Shown one piece after another: positions 10,931 to 20,942 of a DNA stretch of 64,000 nucleotides; position 1 is the first letter of the stretch; each line of letters begins with the position of its first letter. The stretch is taken from assembly GCA_965215605.1 (NCBI GenBank), contig OZ244070.1:2784001-2848000 (forward strand), given 5' to 3'. The position numbers and the translations under genes were made by a program. The notes beneath the pieces were generated by a model. That model made no database searches. It worked only from the letters and a program-made list of their open reading frames with translations, and was not told the origin of the DNA. Source of the stretch: an uncultured Candidatus Binatia bacterium. GTDB taxonomy: Bacteria; Desulfobacterota; Binatia; UBA9968; JAJDTQ01.

Positions 10931-11857
10931 GTGGGCCGATCAATCAAGCTCTTGCTGCTGTTGCTGATCCTCCAGGCCGGTCTGACGGTGTGGGTCAACC
11001 TCCCGGGCGACGACACCGGCGCCTTCGAAGCGGACAAGCCGCTGCTGACCGTGGACCGCGGCAGCATGGACGCGGTGACCATCGAGCGGCAGGACAAGCC
11101 GACGCTGCGCCTCGCCCGCAAGGACGGCGGCTGGGTGTTGGCTGACAAGGGCGACTTTCCGGTGTTGCCCGCCAGGTTCGAGGAATTCGCGGACAAGCTC
11201 CTCAACGCCAAACGGTCTTGGCCCGTGGGCAAGACGCTGGTGGCGGCCAGGCAGTTCAAGGTGACGCCGGTTGGTTTCGAACGGCGGGTGCGGTTCCTCC
11301 AGGGGACGGAGGTGCTGGGGGACGTCTTCCTCGGCTCATCGCCGGGGTTCCGCAGGGTCCACGCCCGTCTCGACGGCGACAACCACACCTACGCCATCGA
11401 CTTCAACGCCTTCGAGGCTCCGGCGGAGGCGGAACAGTGGTACGATACCGAGCTCCTCAAGACGGCGGCGGAGGAAATCGTCCGCATCGATCTGGGGGCC
11501 TACGCGTTGAAGGCCGGCGACGGCGGGTTCGAGGTGGAGGGGCTGGGGGAGAACGAACGGACCGATGACGAAGGGGTCCGAAAGGTCGTGGAGGGCGTGT
11601 CGGAGGTGGGTTTCATCGACGTCGTTTTCAAGGACGGCAAGAAGCTCTTCGACGCCGGCAAGCGGATGCTGAAGTACACCATCGAGAGGAAGGAAGGACC
11701 GCCGGTCACCCATACGGTGGTAGCCCCGGAGGAGGGTGACGACTACCTCCTCAAGAGTTCCGCGCATCCGCACTACTTCAAGGTGGCCCGGAATCGGTTC
11801 GACGAGTTGCGCGACATGAGCCGGGTGCAGTTGGTCAAGGGCGCCGAATCAGGTTGA
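10931..11857 (+). CDS. DUF4340-like membrane-anchored protein
   Basis: N-terminal TM segment; usual third gene of gldA/gldFG-type operons. Confidence 0.7.
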   Translation: MGRSIKLLLLLLILQAGLTVWVNLPGDDTGAFEADKPLLTVDRGSMDAVTIERQDKPTLRLARKDGGWVLADKGDFPVLPARFEEFADKLLNAKRSWPVGKTLVAARQFKVTPVGFERRVRFLQGTEVLGDVFLGSSPGFRRVHARLDGDNHTYAIDFNAFEAPAEAEQWYDTELLKTAAEEIVRIDLGAYALKAGDGGFEVEGLGENERTDDEGVRKVVEGVSEVGFIDVVFKDGKKLFDAGKRMLKYTIERKEGPPVTHTVVAPEEGDDYLLKSSAHPHYFKVARNRFDELRDMSRVQLVKGAESG

Positions 11858-11883
11858 CAGGGCGTCCGGTGGTCGGATACCTT
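11854..11883 (+). promoter_or_regulatory. Putative sigma70 promoter
   Basis: TTGACA-N18-TACCTT upstream of the ORF at 11937. Confidence 0.4.
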
Positions 11884-11936
11884 CCACGGATCAACCGACT
11901 CGACCCAGACGCCACGGAACCACGAGGAGACACACC

Positions 11937-12572
11937 ATGAGCGCACGTCCCATGCCGACCCAGGAAAACGAATCGTCGGCCGCCAAGCGGTTCATCGCGG
12001 CGATACGACAACTGCACGCAGACGAGCCGGACGTGGACAAACGCTGGCAGGAGATGGGGTCGCTTCTGGGCGGGCTGCTGTCGGATCCCAGCGTGAAGGC
12101 ACAGTCCGAGCAATGGCCGGACTGCGATCAGGGCGGACTGTCCGCGGCCGAGGGCGGCCAGCGGGCGCAGAACCTTCTCCTCTATGAGGATCTGGACCAT
12201 GGATTCGTCATCAACGGGTTGGTGAAGGCGCCGGGAACCCGCACCAGCATTCACGATCACGCCCACAACTGGACGCTGTACGGGGTGCTGGACGGGCGCG
12301 AGACCATCGAGCGCTACGAACGGCTGGACGATGGCTCCAAGCCGGACTACGCCGAGGTCCGCAAGACCGAGAACGCTCAGGTGGGGCCGGGCAAGATCGA
12401 CTTGGTGCGCCCGTGGCAGATTCACGCCGAGCAGAGCGGGGAGGAGCGCACCGTGGCGATCATCGTGCGAGCCGAGAAGCCCGGCGGTTTCCTCCAGGGC
12501 CGCTACGACCCCGAGACCTGCAAGTATTGGCAGGGATACGGGCCGACGCAGATCCCGTTCGAGTTCGAATAG
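11937..12572 (+). CDS. Cupin, cysteine dioxygenase-like metal-dependent enzyme
   Basis: TSIHDHAHNWTLYGVLDGRE...QIHAE 3-His pattern; AGGAG RBS. Confidence 0.72.
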   Translation: MSARPMPTQENESSAAKRFIAAIRQLHADEPDVDKRWQEMGSLLGGLLSDPSVKAQSEQWPDCDQGGLSAAEGGQRAQNLLLYEDLDHGFVINGLVKAPGTRTSIHDHAHNWTLYGVLDGRETIERYERLDDGSKPDYAEVRKTENAQVGPGKIDLVRPWQIHAEQSGEERTVAIIVRAEKPGGFLQGRYDPETCKYWQGYGPTQIPFEFE

Positions 12573-12791
12573 CCCGCGACGGGGCGCCGTGATTGACGCC
12601 GACGGTCACCTGCGCGACACGTGTCGAGAAGTACATGGTGGCGCCCGCCGTTCACCAAGTTTCCCCCCACCCGCGTACTGGCTGACCGAGGGGACCGTTG
12701 CGTTGCTCCGGTAGCGAGGCGACGTTTCGGAGTCCGCGAAGGCCCGAATTCTCGAGGAAAATGCCCGCAAATGCGACGGCTGTGAGCAAAG

Positions 12792-12820
12792 TTGACAAGC
12801 AGGTTTACACAGAGTATCCT
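12792..12820 (+). promoter_or_regulatory. Putative sigma70 promoter
   Basis: TTGACA-N17-TATCCT, 27 nt upstream of ATG 12848. Confidence 0.6.
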
Positions 12821-12847
12821 AAGCTCATGCTTTTAAAGGGGTTCTGC

Positions 12848-14245
12848 ATGACACGCTGCTTCGTCGTCCTCGCGAGTCTTTTTTTTCTCCTTCTCAGCGG
12901 CTTGTCATACGCTCCGGCCGCGTCGGCGCGGGGTCCCGTTCCAGCGAAAGCGGATCCGTTCTTCATCCCTTCCGGGCTCGAGCCGGCCGTCGAGTTCTGG
13001 AAGGCCATCTTCCTCGACTACGACTCGAACGAGCTGGTGTTCTTCGACCCCAAGAACATGTCGAAGATCCACCAGGTGGTGAAGGTCAGGAAGGGCGCCA
13101 GCACACGGCGGGTGGTGCGTTCCGTGCGGGCGCGGCTCAACCGGCGCGGCATCCCGGGGCATCGGATCAAGGCGCAGCGGGGGATCAGCGAGCGTTTCGC
13201 CGCGGGCGTGCGGCGGTCCGGCCGCTACATGGAACACATGCGCAAGGTCTTCGCCGGCCGCGGACTCCCGGTGGAGCTGGCCTATCTGCCGCTGGTGGAA
13301 TCCTCGTTCCGGAACGACGCGCGTTCGTTCCGCGGCGCCGTGGGCATGTGGCAGTTCATGCCCGGCACCGGACGCATTTACATGCGCGTGTCGCGGTCGC
13401 TGGACGAACGCAGGGATCCAATGGAAGCGACCCGTGCGGCGGCCCGTCTGCTGCAGCATAACTACCGGAAGCTCCGGACCTGGCCGCTGGCCGTGACCGC
13501 TTACAATCACGGCCGCGCCGGCATGCAGCGGGCGGTGCGCCAGGTGGGCACCCGGGACATCGTCACCATCATCCGCCGCTATCGGAGCCGCACTTTCAAG
13601 TTCGCGTCCAGTAATTTCTATGCGGAATTCCTCGCCGCCGTGCACATCATGCGTGACGTCGAGCGGCATCTGCCGCACGTCGAGTTCGATCAACTGGTGC
13701 ATTTCGACGAGATCAGCCTCCACAGGCGGGTGGCGGTGTCCTCGCTGCTTCGCGACAGCCAGGTCTCCCGGGCGGAGTTGCTCAGGTGGAATCCGGCTCT
13801 CAGCCGCCACGTTTCGTGGCTACCCAAGGGCTACCGGCTCAAGGCGCCGAAACGGGAGGGGCACCGGTTCCGCAGCGCGTTGTCGGGCATTGGCCCCGAG
13901 GCGTCGTTTCCGTACCACGTCGTAAGTCGAGGCGACACGCTCTCCGAGCTGGCCAAGGTCTACGGCACCTCGACCCATGCCATCCAGTCCGTGAACGGCT
14001 TGAGAAGCGCCCATCGTTTGCGCGTGGGACAGCGGCTGGAGATCCCGTCACACACGGGCCGGGTGTCGGAGAAGGCGGCGTCCCGGCCGAGGGTCTATCA
14101 CCGGGTACGGCGGGGCGAGACCCTTTCCATCATCGCCGACCGTTACCGAGTGTCGCTGGCGGTTCTCCAACGCGCCAACTCCATCCGCAACCGGCACCGG
14201 ATCCGGGCGGGACAGCGCCTCAGAATCCCTGGAACCCAATCCTGA
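12848..14245 (+). CDS. Lytic transglycosylase (MltD-like SLT domain plus 2 LysM domains)
   Basis: Signal peptide; LPLVESSF, AVGMWQFMPGTG, AVTAYNHG; two LysM repeats (HVVSRGDTLS, HRVRRGETLS). Confidence 0.9.
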   Translation: MTRCFVVLASLFFLLLSGLSYAPAASARGPVPAKADPFFIPSGLEPAVEFWKAIFLDYDSNELVFFDPKNMSKIHQVVKVRKGASTRRVVRSVRARLNRRGIPGHRIKAQRGISERFAAGVRRSGRYMEHMRKVFAGRGLPVELAYLPLVESSFRNDARSFRGAVGMWQFMPGTGRIYMRVSRSLDERRDPMEATRAAARLLQHNYRKLRTWPLAVTAYNHGRAGMQRAVRQVGTRDIVTIIRRYRSRTFKFASSNFYAEFLAAVHIMRDVERHLPHVEFDQLVHFDEISLHRRVAVSSLLRDSQVSRAELLRWNPALSRHVSWLPKGYRLKAPKREGHRFRSALSGIGPEASFPYHVVSRGDTLSELAKVYGTSTHAIQSVNGLRSAHRLRVGQRLEIPSHTGRVSEKAASRPRVYHRVRRGETLSIIADRYRVSLAVLQRANSIRNRHRIRAGQRLRIPGTQS

Positions 14246-14253
14246 CCGAACGC

Positions 14254-14274
14254 GGGCGGATTTGAAGCCCGCCT
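14254..14274. repeat. REP-like hairpin (GGGCGGGTTTnAAnCCCGCC family)
   Basis: GGGCGGATTTGAAGCCCGCCT; related copies at 18184 and 35343. Confidence 0.5.
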
Positions 14275-14347
14275 GCCTCCAACATCTCGTCGGCGCATCG
14301 TTGTCGCTAGGGCTTCCACGGCCGATGCGATATAATGGCCCGAGGTT

Positions 14348-15169
14348 ATGTACCAGAGCCTTCTCCAGGCCACGGCCGGATTCTATCTTCTGGCGGCAGG
14401 CGCGTTCATCCTCTACCTGTTTTCTCCGCGGGAGACCCTTTCCCGGGTGGGTCAGGGCCTTTTGCTGGCAGGCTTCATCGGCCATGCGATCAAGTTCGCG
14501 TTCCTCTTCCACGAGGCCGGCTTCCCCGCGCTGGCCCAGACCGCCGCCACCCAGTCCTTCTACGGCTGGCTGATGGCGGGGGTGTACCTCACGGTGCAGC
14601 TCCGCTACCGGCTTCCCATCCTGGGGTGCCTTGTGGCGCCCTTGGCCTTTCTCATGTCCCTGAGCTCGATTGCGCTGGGGGAACCCGGCCTGGAGACGCC
14701 GCCGGCGCTGCTGACCTACTGGCTGCCTCTGCACGTGACCCTGGCGCTGCTGGGGAACGCGGTGTTCGCGCTGGCGTTCGCCGTGAGCGTGGTCTACCTG
14801 CTGCTCCGGCGCCAGCTCAAGAACAAGCGGATGACCGGCTTGAGCCGGGCTTTGCCGGCCCTCGAGACGCTGGACCGCCTCAACAAGATCTCACTGGTCT
14901 GGGGGTTTCCGTTCATGACCCTGGGCATCCTCACCGGCAGCGTGTGGGCGCACGCTCAGTGGGGCACCTATTGGTCCTGGGACCCGCGCCAGATCACCTC
15001 CGCCCTGACTTGGCTGCTGTACGGGATCCTCCTCCACGGCCGCCTGACCGCGGGCTGGCGCGGCAGGAAGGCGGCGATCTGGACCATTGCGGGCTTCATG
15101 ATCGTCCTCGGCTACTTTCTCTGGGGAGACGTCCTGTTCCTGACCCGTCACGGAGGCCGTTTTGAGTGA
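14348..15169 (+). CDS. ccsA: Cytochrome c assembly protein CcsA
   Basis: Multi-TM protein with WWD motif GSVWAHAQWGTYWSWDPRQ; TATAAT at ~14330. Confidence 0.9.
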   Translation: MYQSLLQATAGFYLLAAGAFILYLFSPRETLSRVGQGLLLAGFIGHAIKFAFLFHEAGFPALAQTAATQSFYGWLMAGVYLTVQLRYRLPILGCLVAPLAFLMSLSSIALGEPGLETPPALLTYWLPLHVTLALLGNAVFALAFAVSVVYLLLRRQLKNKRMTGLSRALPALETLDRLNKISLVWGFPFMTLGILTGSVWAHAQWGTYWSWDPRQITSALTWLLYGILLHGRLTAGWRGRKAAIWTIAGFMIVLGYFLWGDVLFLTRHGGRFE

Positions 15170-16460
15170 GGCGGGACGACAGATCCTCGTGGTCGGGGTG
15201 AACCACCGGACGGCGCCCGTGGAGGTCCGCGAGCAGTTCGCGTTCTCCCCCAAGCGCCTCAACGGGTCGCTCCACGATCTCGTGGCGCTTCCCTCGGTGG
15301 ACGAGGGCGCGATCCTGTCCACGTGCAACCGGGTGGAGGTGGTGGCCGTGGCCCGGGACGGCGGAACGGGCGTCGCCGAGATCGGGGACTTTCTCAGGAG
15401 CCAGCCGGGCGTCCGCATCGGCCCCGCCGCCGACCAACTCTACCAACACGCCCGCAAGAGCGCGGTGCGGCATGTTTTCCGGGTGGCGTCGAGCCTGGAT
15501 TCCATGGTGGTGGGGGAGCCTCAGATACTCGGGCAACTCAAGGAGTATTATTCCATCGCGCAGGAGGCCGGCACCGTCGGCAGCATCCTGCACCGTCTCT
15601 TCCATCGCTCCTTCTCGGTGGCGAAACGGGTGCGGCAGGGCACCGGCATCGCCAACCGGCCCGTTTCCGTCGGGTCCGTGGCCGTGGACCTGGCCAAGCG
15701 GATCTTCGACAGGCTGGAGGAAAAGACGGTAATGGTCATCGGTTCCGGGGGCATGGGCGAGTCGCTGGTCCGGCATCTGGTGGAGAACGGCGTGCGCGGC
15801 CTGATGATCACCAACCGCACTTTCGAGAAGGCGGTGGAATTGGCGGATCGCTTCGCGGCGAGCCCCATCCGTTTCGAGGACTATGCCCGCTACCTCAAGC
15901 TGGCCGACGTGGTCATCGGCTCGGTGGAATCGGAGACGGCGCTCATCACGCGCGAGACCGCGGCCGAGGTGCTTCGGGAGAGAAAGCAGGACAACATGTT
16001 CCTCATCGATCTCGGCGTGCCCAGGAACTTCGACCCCCTCATCAACGGCCTGGACAACGTGTACCTCTACCACGTCGACGATCTCACCGACGTGGCCCGG
16101 GAGAACCTCAAGGGGAGGGAGAGCGAGGCGGACAAGGGAGAGCTGATCGTGGACCAGGAGGTGGAAACGTTCTACCAATGGTTTGCCTCGCTGGACCAGG
16201 TCCCCACCATCGTCGCACTGAGGCGAAAGCTCGAGGGGATCCGGCAGGGTGAGCTCAGGAAATCCCTGGAGTCGAACCTCAAGGATGTCTCCGACCGGGA
16301 ACGCAAGGCGATCGAAGACCTGACCGGAGCCATCATCAACAAGATCCTCCACGCCCCCTTCACGCGGCTGAAGGAGCGTCCTGACGAGGATGCCGCCTAT
16401 GACGATACCGTCCGGATGCTGTTCGATCTGGACAAGGAGCCGGGGCGGGACGATCCGTGA
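15162..16460 (+). CDS. hemA: Glutamyl-tRNA reductase
   Basis: GVNHRTAPVEVRE, LSTCNRVE, SLDSMVVGEPQILGQ, DLGVPRN. Confidence 0.96.
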   Translation: MSEAGRQILVVGVNHRTAPVEVREQFAFSPKRLNGSLHDLVALPSVDEGAILSTCNRVEVVAVARDGGTGVAEIGDFLRSQPGVRIGPAADQLYQHARKSAVRHVFRVASSLDSMVVGEPQILGQLKEYYSIAQEAGTVGSILHRLFHRSFSVAKRVRQGTGIANRPVSVGSVAVDLAKRIFDRLEEKTVMVIGSGGMGESLVRHLVENGVRGLMITNRTFEKAVELADRFAASPIRFEDYARYLKLADVVIGSVESETALITRETAAEVLRERKQDNMFLIDLGVPRNFDPLINGLDNVYLYHVDDLTDVARENLKGRESEADKGELIVDQEVETFYQWFASLDQVPTIVALRRKLEGIRQGELRKSLESNLKDVSDRERKAIEDLTGAIINKILHAPFTRLKERPDEDAAYDDTVRMLFDLDKEPGRDDP

Positions 16461-18187
16461 CCATGGAAAGTATCCGCATCGGCACCCGGCGCAGCCGGCT
16501 GGCCCTCGTCCAGGCGGAATGGGTCCGGGGCCGCATCCGGGAACGTCATCCGGGCGCCGTGGTGGAGGTGGTGACCATCACCACCAGCGGCGACCGCTTC
16601 CAGAACGTGCCCATCGAGCAGATCGGCGACAAGGGAGTGTTCATCAAGGAGATCGAGGAGGCGCTCCTGGACGGCAGCATCGACGTCGCGGTGCATTCCA
16701 TGAAGGACTTGCCCACCGAGATCCCGGAGGGATTGGCCATCGCCGCGGTGCCGGAACGCGAGGATCCCAGGGACGCGCTGATCAGTCGCGTTGCAGGGAG
16801 CCTCGCCGAGCTTCCCGCCGGAGGCCGGGTCGGCACCGGCAGCCTCAGGCGGCAGGCCCAGGTGCTGCACCACCGCCCGGACCTCGAGGTGGTGCCCATG
16901 CGCGGGAACGTGGATACGCGGCTGGCCAAGCTCGAACGGGGCGAGGTGGAGGCCCTGGTGCTGGCGCTGGCGGGGTTGAAGCGGCTGGGCCGGGAGGGCG
17001 AGGCCACCGAGTTGCTGCCTCCCGACACGTGGTTGAGCGCGGTGGCCCAGGGGGCTCTGGGCTTGGAGACCCGGCGCCACGAGGTGGAACGGCTGCGCTT
17101 TCTGAACCACGGGCCGTCGGCGTTGGAGGTGGAGGCCGAGCGGGCCTTCCTGCGGCGCCTGGAAGGAGGGTGTCAGGTGCCGGTGGGGGCCCGGGCGGTG
17201 GCGGGTCGGGAGGGGGTGACGCTTGCGGGGATGGTGGCGGAGGCGTCCGGCCGGCAAATCTTCCGCGGCGAGATTGCGGGCGCGGGAGTTGATGCGGCGG
17301 CGCTGGGGACCCGGCTGGCCGAGAGGCTGTTGGACGAGGGAGCCGGCGCCGTGCTGAGAGCCACGGGCATGAACGATCCGGCGAGGGTCAAGTCCGGCGG
17401 CGCGCGGCTCTCTGGACAGCGGATCCTGATCACCCGTCCGCGCGAGCAGGCCGGCGCTTTCGTCCGCGGCGTCGAAGCCCTCGGAGCCCGGGCGGTGGTC
17501 TTTCCCACGGTGGAGATCCTGCCGCTCCGGGAAGCCGGCGCCCTGGACGAGGCCGTCCGCAGGCTCCCGGAACAGGACTGGGTGGTGTTCACCAGCGCCA
17601 ACGGCGTCCGGCACTTCCTGGCGCGCTGCGAGGCGTTGGGATGCGCCGACAGCCTGAAGGGGCTTCAGGTGGCGGCCATCGGTCCGCAGACCGCCCGCCT
17701 GCTGGAAGACAACGGCCTTCCGGTGACCCTGGTGCCCGAGGAATTCCGCGCGGAGGGTATACTGGCGGCCCTCGGCCCGGAGCGCGTCCGGGGCCGCCGT
17801 TTCCTGCTCGCGCGGGTGGCGGGCGCCCGGGACGTGCTCCCCGAGACGCTGCGCCGGTGGGGCGCGACGGTGACGGTGGTGGAAGCCTACCGGAACGAAC
17901 CGGTGCGGCACGGCGCCGGGCGGCTGGCGCGGCTCCTGGCGCAGGTGGACTGGGTCACGTTCACCAGTCCGAGCACGCTGACCGCTTTCATGGATCTGCT
18001 CGAGCAGGCCGGGACGGGATTCCCGGCGGCGGCCCGGGTGGCCTGCATCGGCCCCATCACGGCCAATGCCGTCCGTGAGCGTGGCCTGGCGGTGGACGTC
18101 GAGGCCCGGGAATACACCGTGGCGGGCCTGATCCAGGCTTTGGTAGAATGCACGGCGCGCGTGGATGAACACGGAAGGAATGTGTAG
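16457..18187 (+). CDS. hemC: HemC (hydroxymethylbilane synthase) read in frame into HemD (uroporphyrinogen-III synthase)
   Basis: IGTRRSRLALVQ, AVHSMKD, EGGCQVP (HemC), then ILITRPREQ, VVFTSANGV, AAIGPQT, FTSPST, CIGPIT (HemD). HemD part begins at internal ATG 17369. Confidence 0.9.
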   Translation: MTMESIRIGTRRSRLALVQAEWVRGRIRERHPGAVVEVVTITTSGDRFQNVPIEQIGDKGVFIKEIEEALLDGSIDVAVHSMKDLPTEIPEGLAIAAVPEREDPRDALISRVAGSLAELPAGGRVGTGSLRRQAQVLHHRPDLEVVPMRGNVDTRLAKLERGEVEALVLALAGLKRLGREGEATELLPPDTWLSAVAQGALGLETRRHEVERLRFLNHGPSALEVEAERAFLRRLEGGCQVPVGARAVAGREGVTLAGMVAEASGRQIFRGEIAGAGVDAAALGTRLAERLLDEGAGAVLRATGMNDPARVKSGGARLSGQRILITRPREQAGAFVRGVEALGARAVVFPTVEILPLREAGALDEAVRRLPEQDWVVFTSANGVRHFLARCEALGCADSLKGLQVAAIGPQTARLLEDNGLPVTLVPEEFRAEGILAALGPERVRGRRFLLARVAGARDVLPETLRRWGATVTVVEAYRNEPVRHGAGRLARLLAQVDWVTFTSPSTLTAFMDLLEQAGTGFPAAARVACIGPITANAVRERGLAVDVEAREYTVAGLIQALVECTARVDEHGRNV

Positions 18188-18210
18188 GGGCGGGTTTCAA
18201 GGCCGTCCGT
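18184..18210. repeat. GTAG-type REP-like element supplying the hemC-hemD stop codon
   Basis: GTAGGGGCGGGTTTCAAGGCCGTCCGT; TAG at 18185-18187. Confidence 0.5.
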
Positions 18211-18247
18211 GCCGCGGCGGACCGCACCCGATACCAGGAGGCAATCC

Positions 18248-19216
18248 ATGGCATTTCCCGTCACCCGACCGCGAAGACTCCGGCGAACCGGCCTGTTGCG
18301 CGATCTGGTGCGCGAGACCGCTCTGAGTCCGCGGGACTTCATCTACCCCCTGTTCGTGTGTACGGGGCGCGACCGGGAGCAACCGATCGCCTCCATGCCC
18401 GGCGTCGCCCAGCTTTCCGTGGACCGCGCGGCCAAAGAGGCGGAGGCCGTGTGGCGCATGGGCATTCCCGGCGTGATCCTGTTCGGCATCCCCGAGACCA
18501 AGGACGCCGTGGGCTCGGAAGCCTACGCCGAGCACGGCGTGGTGCAGGAAGCGGTCCGGGCCATCAAGGACAGGGTCCCGGACCTGTTGGTGATCACAGA
18601 CGTCTGCCTGTGCGAGTACACCGACCACGGCCACTGCGGCATCATCGAGGACGGAGAGGTGGCCAACGACGCCTCCCTGGAGCTGCTGGCGCGGGAAGCC
18701 GTGTCCCACGCCCGGGCCGGGGCGGATGTCGTCGCTCCTTCCGACATGATGGACGGCCGGGTGGGGGCGATTCGCTCCGTGTTGGACGGAGAAGGTCTGG
18801 AGAACGTGGTCATCATGGCCTACGCCGCCAAGTACGCGTCGGGTTTCTACGGCCCGTTTCGCGAGGCCGCGGAATCGACGCCGCGGTTCGGCGACCGGCG
18901 TTCCTACCAGATGGACCCGGGCAACAGCGACGAGGCGCTGCGGGAGGTGGAGGCGGATATCGCCGAGGGCGCCGACATCGTCATGGTGAAGCCCGCGCTC
19001 TCGTATCTGGACGTCATCTCGCGTGTGAAACGGCGCTTCAACCATCCCACCGCCGCCTACAACGTGAGCGGCGAGTACGCCATGATCAAGGCCGCGGCCC
19101 GGAACGGCTGGATCGACGAGAGCACGGTGGTGCCGGAGGTGCTGCTGTCCATCAAGCGGGCCGGCGCCGACCTGATCCTCACCTATTTCGCCAAGGACAT
19201 GGCGGCGGGACTGTAG
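18248..19216 (+). CDS. hemB: Porphobilinogen synthase (Zn-type)
   Basis: [41 protein letters not shown]; AGGAGG RBS. Confidence 0.97.
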   Translation: MAFPVTRPRRLRRTGLLRDLVRETALSPRDFIYPLFVCTGRDREQPIASMPGVAQLSVDRAAKEAEAVWRMGIPGVILFGIPETKDAVGSEAYAEHGVVQEAVRAIKDRVPDLLVITDVCLCEYTDHGHCGIIEDGEVANDASLELLAREAVSHARAGADVVAPSDMMDGRVGAIRSVLDGEGLENVVIMAYAAKYASGFYGPFREAAESTPRFGDRRSYQMDPGNSDEALREVEADIAEGADIVMVKPALSYLDVISRVKRRFNHPTAAYNVSGEYAMIKAAARNGWIDESTVVPEVLLSIKRAGADLILTYFAKDMAAGL

Positions 19217-19235
19217 CGCGCGAAATCCGGGCGGT

Positions 19236-19511
19236 TCATTCCATCCGTCCCAGCAACCGGCGTACTTCCTTTACTCTGTTCCGGAGGGTCTTCTCGCACT
19301 CGGGTTCGCGTTCCGGGGTGTGCACCTGCGCTTCCGAGAGCCGGAAGAGCAGCACCCGGGCGCCCCGGGTCAGGCGGATGACGTAGGTGTTGGAGTCCGC
19401 GTCGTGATAGGACTCCAACGCTTTTACGGTGTCGTCCTCCGAGCGGATGATGGCGTTGGCCCATGCCTCGAGGTCCGGGAGGGCCGCTTCCCCGACGTGT
19501 TGCGTAATCAT
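19236..19511 (-). CDS. Hypothetical protein (91 aa)
   Basis: Fills the gap downstream of the cytochrome gene on the same strand; natural composition; family not recognised. Confidence 0.6.
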   Translation of the reverse strand: MITQHVGEAALPDLEAWANAIIRSEDDTVKALESYHDADSNTYVIRLTRGARVLLFRLSEAQVHTPEREPECEKTLRNRVKEVRRLLGRME

Positions 19512-19524
19512 GCGGGCGGCGGGG

Positions 19525-19971
19525 CTAGCTCCGCTTCTTGGGCTTCCGGAACGGCCGGTGACAGCTTCCGCAGGCGTTCCTGCCGAAATTCTTGACCAGC
19601 TCGGCGGTGTCCTCGCCGGCCCGGGCCTTGGCGGCGATGGCTTGGGCCAAGGCTACGGCGTTCTTGGCCGCCTTGGTGAAATCGTCCCATTGCTCCCAGA
19701 TCTCCGGCTTGGAGCGCGAGCCGTCTGCGCTTCCCTTGGGAAAGGTGTCGGCGTTGATCTTGCCGAAGGCCACCGCCAGCTTGTCGGCGCTGGCAGCCGT
19801 CGCCGCCGCGTCGGCGGCGGAACGCAGGGCCTTGCTCGCCGCGCCGATGCCTTTCATCAGTTCCTGGCGTTCCGCGATGATCTTGTCGAACTTCTGGGCC
19901 GAAGCCGCGCCCGGACCCGTCATCAGGAACATCCCTGCCGACAGGACCAACAGCCAAGATGATTTCCGCAT
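19525..19971 (-). CDS. Class II cytochrome c (c'/c556)
   Basis: Signal peptide, ERQELMK, SKPEIWEQWDDF, C-terminal CGSCH; start ATG 19971 after GGAG. Confidence 0.9.
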   Translation of the reverse strand: MRKSSWLLVLSAGMFLMTGPGAASAQKFDKIIAERQELMKGIGAASKALRSAADAAATAASADKLAVAFGKINADTFPKGSADGSRSKPEIWEQWDDFTKAAKNAVALAQAIAAKARAGEDTAELVKNFGRNACGSCHRPFRKPKKRS

Positions 19972-19985
19972 GGGCCTTTCCTCCG

Positions 19986-20771
19986 CTATTGCTCGAACTC
20001 GTGCTTCTGAAGCTCCCGGATGAGAGCCGTGAGGTTGGGGTCGCTGTTGACCACGTCGTTCACCTTGTTCTGGAACTCGCCCGCGGCCCGCTCCAGCGGG
20101 CTCGTGTCGATGCGTATTCCGAGCCATTGGGTCAGCCGGAGGACCAGGGCCAGAGCTCCCCGCGGGTTGGGAGACGGCGCCAGGTAGTGCGGCAGCGCCG
20201 CCCACAGGCTCACGTGCGGCACTTTTTCCTTTCGGAAGGTGTCTGCGAGGATCCCGACGATGCCAGTGGGCCCTTGGTACCGGGAAGGCGTGAAGTCCAG
20301 CTCCTTCATCAAAGCGGGGTCCGACGAGAACCCGTTCAGGGGCACCGGCTTGGTGTAGAGCACCTCGTCCAGAAGGGCTCCCAGGGTGATGATGCGGGCG
20401 ACCTTCCACTCCCGGGCGAGGTCCAGGATGGTCCGGGAGAACGACTTCCAGTGCAGGTGCGGCTCCGCGCCGGATGCAAAAATGAAGTCCCGGTCGAGCT
20501 CGTTGCCGGTTTTGTAATAGTGAAAGTCGTAGGACGGCCACTCGATCTCGCGCTGTCCGTCCACCAGACGGACCTGGGGCCTTTGGACCGAGAAGTCGTA
20601 GTAGTCTTCGGGGTCGACCTTCGCTAGCTCCGAGGCCAGGAGCTGCTCGATCAGGTACCGGACCGCGGAGGTGGCCGACGATCCCGCGTCGCTCCAGCCC
20701 GAGAACGACAGGATCAGGAAAGGTTGCCGCAAACGGGGCCGGCGAATGTAGGATACGGCGTCGGAAGCCAT
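19986..20771 (-). CDS. PAC2-family (proteasome assembly chaperone-like) protein
   Basis: FSGWSDAGSSAT, DPEDYYDFSVQRP, GAEPHLHW, YQGPTGIVG, LWAALPHY. Confidence 0.85.
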   Translation of the reverse strand: MASDAVSYIRRPRLRQPFLILSFSGWSDAGSSATSAVRYLIEQLLASELAKVDPEDYYDFSVQRPQVRLVDGQREIEWPSYDFHYYKTGNELDRDFIFASGAEPHLHWKSFSRTILDLAREWKVARIITLGALLDEVLYTKPVPLNGFSSDPALMKELDFTPSRYQGPTGIVGILADTFRKEKVPHVSLWAALPHYLAPSPNPRGALALVLRLTQWLGIRIDTSPLERAAGEFQNKVNDVVNSDPNLTALIRELQKHEFEQ

Positions 20772-20942
20772 GGTTGTTCTCTAGCACATCTCTTCGTGGC
20801 TGCACCAGCCGGGGCGGGCTTCATCCAGGTCCATTCAAGAGTCCGGCGCTCCGTTTCCGTCATTCCCGTGGCCGGGCGGATCTGGTAGAAAGTCGACGGG
20901 GTCCGGGCTTCCTCGCGACGATCCCTCGCCGGTAGACCGGTC

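Noticed and set aside
7086-11857. Gld-like ABC operon as evidence of gliding motility or a new secretion system
   Set aside because: The gldA/gldF-gldG/DUF4340 module is widespread in non-gliding bacteria; nothing unusual is visible here.
20772-20942. Second LexA box upstream of the polB-like gene or udg
   Set aside because: No match to CAGAC-N4-GTCTG found by eye (only GACCGGTC), so SOS control of these genes is unsupported.
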